A stretch of 64,000 bases of DNA from the human T2T-CHM13v2.0 reference genome, Homo sapiens: assembly GCF_009914755.1 (NCBI RefSeq), contig NC_060930.1; one strand, written 5' to 3'. The first letter of the stretch is position 1. Each line of letters starts with the position of its first letter. Of this stretch, positions 55,931-64,000 are shown piece by piece. The notes below the pieces were generated by a model, which saw only the letters and a list, made by a program, of their open reading frames with translations, had not been told where the DNA came from and searched no databases. The position numbers and the translations under genes were made by a program.

Positions 55931-57117
55931 TCACTGGCAATAGCAACCCAGAGAGATAGAAATTATGAATACTAAAAGCAATTTTGTTATCTCACCAGTA
56001 TTTAATGTATCGTGTTGAATTTTGGTGTGGAAAGATCCAGGATTGCCACTTGAACACTTCATGGTTTAAATTATAATACACAATGGTGCACCCAAAACAG
56101 GGGTATCCCCCCTCCAAGTTATGGCATGTCTAAACTGCTTTCTTAAAAAATAGGTAATACATTTGTTTTCTCGTTGAGGGAAAAAAGAGAGTGGGTCTTT
56201 GGTTAACTGGAAATCACTTGTTATTATAGGCTAATATTGTAAATATTTTACATTTCCTTTTTATTTTATATTTGAAACTTAATATTTGTGTTTCCTTTAT
56301 TTGCCAGATATTTGTAGGATGAGGCTGTATTTGGACAGATTTTTATTTATTTAAATATACCATTTAATGGTCCAGATACATATTTTTTTTTGAAATCAGA
56401 AGGCACTTTATAGCTAATCTTAATTCATGATTCACTCTTAGGGCTATTTTCCATTAACTTTTCTACTGTGCCATTTTTCTGAAGCACACAGAAAACTGTT
56501 TTACAGTGGAGAGGACCAGCATAGTAAAGATAAAGATGGCATTATTCACATAAATAGCATATTTTAAAAACAGCTTCGGTGAGTTGCAGTGCAAGTTAAT
56601 AAATTTAACTTGCCATTATTTAATATGTAATAAAATACAGTCTAAAACTACAATCTAGGTGGTCCATGTGTCACAATGCCCAGCTTTGCCATCAAGGAAT
56701 TTACAAATGCTATTCCTACATACTTTGTGCTGCTGATGGCTTTTTTTCTCTAGAGTGCTAAATTCTATGGTAAACCATCGAAGACCTGAGCAAATGCTTG
56801 AACTCAAATTTGGGCTAGACTGTGAGCTTCCTGAGGGTAGAGACTGTGTCTATATCCATCTTTGTGGCTTCTGAGGTCAGCCTGGTGCCAATCACTTTAT
56901 GAATGATGGGTAGGTTAGGTTACTTCCTAAAGCCTTCATTGTTCAGGTCTTAGAAAATCAATCCACAAGCATTTGTTGCATCCCTCCTCTTCTTTTTCCA
57001 CTAAGGAGTATGGTATTTCAGATATTGATGCACAGAGTTCCCCTGTTGGTTGAAAAGCAGGCTTGTATCCGGAATGGATAACATAATATCAGTGGTGCAC
57101 ACACATATGCACATATG

Positions 57118-57377
57118 AAAGCAGGCAGGCAGGAGTTTGCTGATCTCTGTTGTACCCAGCCCCACCATGGTTGATTTCAAGCTACTAATACTTGTGGCTT
57201 ACTAAATTAATAAAAATTTAACTATCAGTTCTTGCCAACTGGTAAAAGGGGGCTCCAGTAGGATGTTCATAGGTTCATTTGTTTTTTTAAAAAATGTGCA
57301 CTCTCAAACACATTTTTAAAGACTGTCAAGAGGAGGTCTGGACCACAGTGTTTCTCCATGGATTTGACTAACATCTG
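57118..57377 (+). repeat. Local duplication B, derived copy (~260 bp)
   Basis: Direct repeat of 58564-58825 with ~15 substitutions by eye plus a T/A homopolymer difference. Confidence 0.97.
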
Positions 57378-58188
57378 CCCACTGTCTCCCTCTCCATTCA
57401 CTTGGAACTCCAAGCTGTACTCTTCACATCTTCCCTTCCTACAAATCACTCACCTGTCATTTCTTTAAGACAATGCAGAAATGCTCAACTCCAACCCTCT
57501 CCACCTTCAGTTTTCCTTATGTTGCCTTTCCCTCCTTCTCTCCCCTCCCCTGTCTTGTAGGAAGAAGTGTCTGCTTTCCAACAACCCCTCCACCACCACT
57601 GATACTCATCTTGTCCCCACTTTCCCTGAGACCTGCTCCATCATCTGTCTCACCTCTTACTTCAAGTATTCCTTTTCGTCAACAATTTCCCTATTTCCTT
57701 TCAGACTTCAAGCCAACTCAGATATTCCCACAAACAAATATTATTTATTTTGTTGTTAAAAAACTTATCTTCTCCTTCAAGCTATCATCACTTCATGCTT
57801 GTTGACTCTTCACCATTCCTTAGTTGCCTTGAAATCTGGCTCAAATCACCCAAAAAACCGACATAATCACCAAGTCAAATGGGTTTTCTCATCCTTCCTT
57901 CAAATACTTCTCACATGCTGAGCACAGCCTGGTTTTCCTTGTACCTTTTTATTTCACCTTCAGCCAAACTCCCCAAACTTTGATCTCACTCACAGCTTTG
58001 CCCTCAGATCTCCTCAGCCCACACTTCCTTGACAATCACGTCTGTGTGCATGGTTCTAAATTTTTATGTCTAGCCCCAGCAGCTCAGTCTTGTCATAACC
58101 CAGACCAGATGCCACCTCATTCCCTAACCAAGTCATCCTTTTCATATCTCCCTAACCACCTGTGCTAGAACTCTTGGAAGAAAATATT

Positions 58189-58712
58189 CCAGTGGTGTGC
58201 TGGTAAATACCCACCACCCCAAAGCCCTGATTTACAGTATTTGCTGCTTTCCATAGTGTAAATCAGAGGTTGGTAAACTTTTTCTGTAAAGAACTAGATA
58301 GTAAATATTCTAGGCTTTCAGGTTCCAGGCTTTCAGGCCACATGGTCTCTGTTTCAAGTACAACTCAACTGCTGTTGTTAGTGAAAGCAGCCACAGACAA
58401 TGCCTAAATGCATAAGCATGGCTGTGTTCCAATGCAATGTTATCTATGGACCTGAAAGTTGAAATTCATTTAATTTTGTCATATTATATGTCCCAAAAAA
58501 ATCTTCTAAATTTTTTTCAATTATTTAAGAATGTAAAGACCATTCTGACCTTGCAGCCACACAAAAGCAGGCAGGCAGGAGTTTGCTGATGTCTGTTATA
58601 CCCAGCCCCACCATGGTTGATTTCAAGCCACTAATAATTGTGGCTCACTAAATTAATAAAAATTTAACTGTCAGCTCTTGCCAACTGGTAAAAGGGGGCT
58701 CCAGTAAGATGT
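58189..58712. mobile_element. MER63-type hAT-Blackjack element split by MER58B
   Basis: ccagtggtgtgctggtaaat...gccctgattt...gtgtaaat / cccaccatggttgatttcaagc...ggctccag. Confidence 0.75.
58264..58596. mobile_element. MER58B-like hAT-Charlie element
   Basis: cagaggttggtaaactttttctgtaaag...gatagtaaatatt...aaagcagccacagacaat...gagtttgctga. Confidence 0.85.
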
Positions 58713-58825
58713 TCATAAGTTCACTTGTTTTTTTTTTTTAAATGTGCACTCTCAAACACATTTTTAAAGACTGTCAAGAGGAGGTCTAGACTACAGTGTT
58801 TCTCAATGGATCTGACAAACATCTG
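58564..58825 (+). repeat. Local duplication B, source copy
   Basis: Matches 57118-57377 and is contiguous with intact MER58/MER63 context. Confidence 0.95.
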
Positions 58826-58888
58826 GAACAAGGGTGTTCCTGAAAAGCATTTCTCAGGAACACTGTTTGGAGGATTCTGTCTTGGTAT

Positions 58889-59628
58889 TCTAATTGCTCA
58901 AAAGGTTCTTCTTGACCACTGCACAGATAAACCCAATTCACCAAGAGAGCGCTATTGCAGTAGAGAAAGAGTTTAATTATCACAAGGCAGCTAAACAGAA
59001 GGATGGGAGTTACTACTTAAATCTGACTCCCTGAAAATTTAGGAGACTAGGGTTTTTTCAAGGACAATTTAGCAGGCAGGGGGCTAGGGAATAGGGAATG
59101 CTGATTGGTTGGGTTAGAGATGACATCATAGGAGGTCAAAGCTGTCTTCTTACTATTTTCAGTTCCTGGGTAGGATCACAAGACCAATTGAGCCAATTTA
59201 CCAAACCAGGTGGTGCCAGCTGGTCATCAGAATGCATGGTCTAAAAAATATCTCAAACACCAATCTTAAATTTTACAATAGTGATGTTATCTATAAGAGC
59301 AACTGGGGAGGTTACAAATCTTGTGACTTCTGGCTACATGGCTCCTGAACCATAATTCTAACCTTGTAGCTAATTTCTTAGTTTTACAAAGGCAGTTTTG
59401 GTCGTTCAGCAAGGAGGGGGTTAGTTTTGGGAAGAAGCTGTTACTATCTTTATTTCAAGGTTAAACTAAATTCCTCCCACAGTTAGCTTGGCATATGCCC
59501 AGGAATGAACAAGGAGTACTTGGAGGTTAGAAGAAAGATGGAGTCAGTTAGGTCAGATTCCTTTCACTGTCCTAACTTTTCTATGTCAGATTTCTCTCAC
59601 TGTCATAATTTTTGCAAAGGCAGTTTCA
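58889..59628 (-). mobile_element. LTR8-type ERV1 solo LTR
   Basis: attgcagtagagaaagagtttaat...tgctgattggttggg...ataatttttgcaaaggcagtttca. Confidence 0.85.
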
Positions 59629-60458
59629 CCATTTGTGTAGATTCCCCACTTTTCCTTCCTCTCATATATAAGCAGGTGCCAAGTCCTGTCATATCTATCC
59701 TTTCATACTGAGGGTAGAAGATGAGCCCTGGAGGGAGCTGGGGTCCAGATACCCTGCCTAATGCCCTAGCCTGGCTGGATCATTCCTAATTCTCTGCCCT
59801 CCCTAGGATCTCTACCAGTGAACTGACTTGTTTCTTCTCCGTAACCTGAATTGACCAGCTTATGCCTGTCTTCCTGGAGTCAGTGGCACCATCAATGACA
59901 CCCCCTTTCACTCTTAAAAGCATGTGGGTTTGGATGATAAGGTATACTATTTACCTTTACCCTCTTTCACTCCTATCTGCCAAAATCTTCTCATTCATGA
60001 GCTACCTGCATATAAAGCCTCTTCTGATCCTTTTGACTGGCTATGATCTATCCCTTTCCAAAATCCCATCGACTTTCTTCTTTCCTCTCTTAGGCTCCCA
60101 GTTAGAGTTATTTATAGACCTCTTTTATTTCTTCTTATGTTTTTAAGCACAGAGACTGTGCTATATTAGATGCCACCAAAGTGCCAAGAACAATGCGTTG
60201 CTCAGAAGTAAATAATAACTATGGGTTGAATAATAAATAACTGACCAACTAAAAGTTCAAAGGGAAGATGTATCATCAGTGTAAGGATTTTGAGACCCAT
60301 GAGTTTGAGCAGAAAGTCAGCATTCTCTGCCATCTCCTTTCTTCATCAAAATTTTACACAATGATCAATTTTTCTCCCAAATTGTTAAGTGGAGGCATTA
60401 TGTAAGAGTTTACAAACTACAAAGAACAAAAGTATTTATTTAGCTAGTTGATTCACAA

Positions 60459-60750
60459 CAGTGTTTTCTAAGATGTGTTCCTTGGAACACTAGTTGAGCA
60501 TGATATTAGTGGAGTATTTATTAAAACAAGATTATCTGGCCAGTTGACTTAGAGCTCAACAGAGTTTTTAGTGTATATGTGTTTTAATAGTGGGACTCTC
60601 AGAACTTTTAATAAACAAATGTGCATGGCAAATCTCTAAAGAGGGGCTATGATATCTATCATTTTCCAAATTTAATTGATCATGGATGCCTCTTCTGAAT
60701 CTTCCCACTCCCTTTTTCTGTGGAGCCTATCTTACGACAACTAGGGAAAT
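60459..60750. mobile_element. Old hAT-Charlie-type MER element
   Basis: cagtgttttctaagatgtgttcc.tggaacactagt...gggactctcagaac.tttaat; family uncertain. Confidence 0.5.
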
Positions 60751-60883
60751 AGTAATTTAGAAAGTAGATTTACAGTTAGTTATAAGAGTATTTTCAATAT
60801 ATTTGTTTTCCAAGGTAGTTCTGACCATGAGTTGGTAATGGATCTTAAAATCTTCTTAAGCCATTTTCTTCAATGTTGGTTTC

Positions 60884-61200
60884 TTTTTGTTTGTTTGTTT
60901 CATTGGTTTATTTTTTGAGACAGGTCTTGCTCTGTCACCCAGGTGGGCATGCAGTGGCACAAACATGGCTCACTGTATCCTTGACCTTCTGGGCTCAAGT
61001 TATCCTTACACCTTAGCCTCCCAACTAGCTGTGACAACAGGCACACACCACCATGCCTGGATAATTTATTTTAAATTTTTTGTAGGGACACAGTCACACC
61101 ATGTTGCCCAGGCTGGTCTTGAACTCCCGGGCTCAACTGATACTCCAGCCTCAGCCTCTTAAAGTGCTGGGATTACAGGTGTGAGCCACTGTGCCTGGCC
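60884..61200 (-). mobile_element. AluJ
   Basis: Antisense diverged dimer; TSD gtttctt. Confidence 0.93.
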
Positions 61201-62015
61201 CAGTTTCTTAGTTGAAGCTTCTTGATAAGCATGAGCGGATGGTACTTCATTCATGCCTTTGACACATAAAGCCTGGAAGACTGAACTCAGCCTGAACTCA
61301 GGGCCCCAAGCTGGATGATTCAGCCTCCATCCTCTGCTTTTTATTACCACTGTTGCCCAGAGCTTCATAACCTCATGCTGAATTATTTTGCTTTCAACCT
61401 CTCTTCCTCCTCTCGCCCATCCTACATATGCTCCCACAGCCAGCCTCCCCAAACCACACCTTGGTCAATAAACCTCACTGGTCTTCCTCCTATAGAGTCA
61501 TTGCCAGCTTATTTACCTGGACGTCTGGGTGCTGCAGAACCGCATGGAGTACTGATATATTTAATTCCATTAAGCACATTAAGAATAATATCTGTAGGAG
61601 GAGAATTTTCTATTGCATGTAATATACAAATCACAGACATGAGCACATCTCTCTTAAGAACATATTGTCAAACTAAGCACAGCTGGCTGCTTCCAAATTT
61701 TTTTTTTCCTGGAAATTTCCTGCCTCTTGAATTTTCATTTTAGTTAATGTGTTAAATTTTTAAAGAAAATGTTATGGCTGAAAACTTTTAATTGAGACAA
61801 CTCCATCAACTTAATTTATTTGTTTTTCTATAAATTGGGAAAGTATCACTACTGTTTGATTTTCACAAGATGATACAAGCTAACTCACGATTTGTGACAA
61901 TACCACAGAGCCAAGTCCAAACTAGTAGGCTGTTCCTATCATATTCTTTTAAAACACACCCTTCCACTACTCTGCCCTACCTGGGCCTTGCTACTCAATA
62001 CCTTGCTACTCAGTA

Positions 62016-62180
62016 CCTTGCTACTCAGGGTGTGGTCACAGACGAGTAGCATCAATATCGCATAAACAGCTGACTCAAAATGCTGATTCTCAGGCCCTGC
62101 TCCAAACCTAAGGAACAAGAATCTGCATTTGAATAAGATCCCCGGATGATGTGTTTGCACACTAAGTCTTAAGGGCACTG
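62016..62180. mobile_element. MER5A1-like MITE
   Basis: gctactcagggtgtggtc...attctcaggccc...agaatctgcattt..taagatcccc...aagggcactg. Confidence 0.8.
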
Positions 62181-62427
62181 GCGAGAGGCAAGCAAATCAA
62201 ATCTCAGTTTTCCAATTTGTAAAGAAGAATCTCTTTCTCATAGAACTGTTGTATGGATTAAGTAAAACAATGTCCTCTGGTAACTGTGAAGCATTTTGTT
62301 GATTGGAGCTATATCATGCTGGTTCACTCACTGTCCCTGCAAACCCATGCACCTTTACGCATCTGAACCTTCCGGCTGCCTGGAACATTTCCTTCCTTTC
62401 CCTCTAAGTATTTGAATTACACCTGTC

Positions 62428-63165
62428 TGTCTTGGGCTGAATTGTGTCCCCACAAGAGATTCATATGTTAAAGTACCAACCTGCAGTACCAGAGTGTGAG
62501 TGTATTTGGAGACAGGATCACTAAAGAGATAATTAAGGTTAAATGAGGTCATTATGGTGAGCCCTAATCCACTACGACTGTGTCCCTATAAGAAGAGGAG
62601 ATGAGAACACAGACCCAGAGGGATGACCACGTGAGGACACAGAGAGAAGATGCCATCTCCAAGCAAAGGAGAGAGACCTCAGGAAACACCAACCCTGCCC
62701 ATACCTGGCTCTCAGACTTCTGAACTCCAAAACTGTGAAGTGATACATTTCCTGCAGTTAACCCCCTCTCCCCCTGACCCTGTCTGGGGTACAGTAGTCC
62801 CCCTTATCTGCCATTTCACTTTCCTTGGTGGTCAACCATGGTCCAGAAATATTAAATGGAAACTTCCAGATATAAATAATATCTGAGTCTTAAATTGCAC
62901 ACTGTTCTGTGTAGCATGTCACAATCTGCCACCGTTCCTCTCCTGCCTGGGATGTCAATTTCCCTTTGTCCTCGGTCTCCATGCCATTGATGCTACCCTC
63001 TTGTTAGTCACTTGGGAGCCATCTAGGTGATTAGATAAAAAAACAGCACATATAAGATTCGATATTATCATTGGTTTTGACATCCACTGGGGGTCTTGGA
63101 ATGCATCTCCCTGGCATAGAGGGGTACTGCTGACTTTTATTAGGGCAGCCCTAGCAAACTGCCAC
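62428..63165 (+). mobile_element. MLT1B LTR (split by MER44A)
   Basis: gggctgaattgtgtcccc...ttaaggttaaatgaggtcatt...; resumes ggcagccctagcaaact after MER44. Confidence 0.88.
62792..63132. mobile_element. MER44A (TcMar-Tigger7 derivative)
   Basis: TA|cagtagtcccccttatc...ggtcaaccatggtcc..aatattaaatggaaa ... ggggtactgctg inverted end. Confidence 0.85.
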
Positions 63166-63749
63166 ATTCTATTCCCTTGTTCCAGCTCAAATGCTCCATT
63201 CTCCACCCTCCTGGATCCCCCTGCCCAGTGCTGCATGACTGCAGTGGGTGGGTTTTTACTGAAATTGACACACATACATTGCCATACATCTTCAAATATG
63301 TATTATTATTCTGGAGGCTGGGAAAATTCTATTCAATGCCTACCCTATCTGCCTGTGAATATCAGTGAATCAATATATACTTGTTGATTGATTGGTTTAA
63401 AGAAGAGTACAACTCAGGACTTCATATTCCCAGTCAAGGCTGCCAGCTAGTGTATGAAGATACTTCTGCCTCTAGATAAGCAAAGCAGATTTTGCATTCA
63501 GCCTGCATTGAACATATATTGGCACTGGTCTCATGATATATTACAGATGTTCTGCATATAAGTTTAATTTGCAGTATCCCAAACTGTGGGAATAAATGAA
63601 TTGTAATACCTTGCCTTTGAATTTGCTTTGAAAATTTTTAACTCCTTATCTTATTCGACCTCCCAGCTCTACTCCAATGTGAAATAAGAAAATATGTTAT
63701 TGTTCCTACATGAAAGAGAAAACCTGAGGTTCAGAAAGGTCAAGAGGCT

Positions 63750-63965
63750 GACATGGTGACTATAGTTAGTAACAATGGATTGCTCTCTTAGAAATTGCTA
63801 AGAGAGTAGATTTAAATGTTCTGACCACAGAAAATGCTAAGTATGTGAAGTAATGCATTTGTGAATTAGCTCGACTTAGCCATTCCACAATGTATACATA
63901 CATATTTCAAAATGTCATGTTGTATATGACAAATATATGCAATTTTAATTTGTCAATTAAAAAAC
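63750..63965 (+). mobile_element. L1MA-type 3' end inserted in a MIR
   Basis: aaattgctaagagagtagatttaaatgttct...tttgtcaattaaaaaa; perfect 18-bp TSD cagaaaggtcaagaggct at 63732-63749 and 63966-63983. Confidence 0.9.
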
Positions 63966-64000
63966 CAGAAAGGTCAAGAGGCTTAGCCAAGGACACTAGC

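Overview
Primate (human-like) non-coding genomic DNA, dominated by interspersed repeats. It holds about 14 Alu/FRAM elements, many L1 fragments (including an L1 5' end with its YY1 site at the left edge), L2 and MIR relics, MaLR/ERV LTRs (a two-LTR THE1 element, MLT1, MLT2, MER52-like, LTR8-like) and DNA-transposon fossils. One of these is a ~3 kb hAT (Zaphod/Tip100-like) element that still shows a decayed transposase dimerisation domain. No protein-coding gene, RNA gene or CpG island can be supported, and nearly all ORFs in the track are repeat-derived or chance. The least ordinary signals are two short non-tandem local duplications (131 bp at 22652/26493 and ~260 bp at 57118/58564) that look like templated-insertion repair scars. 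Also notable are multi-level nested insertions, a THE1 5' LTR lacking its poly(A) signal, several repeat-free homeobox-motif-rich blocks that may be enhancers, and a few weak candidate exons. I cannot support a novel biological system here. Subfamily names come from recalled consensus sequences and boundaries are approximate.
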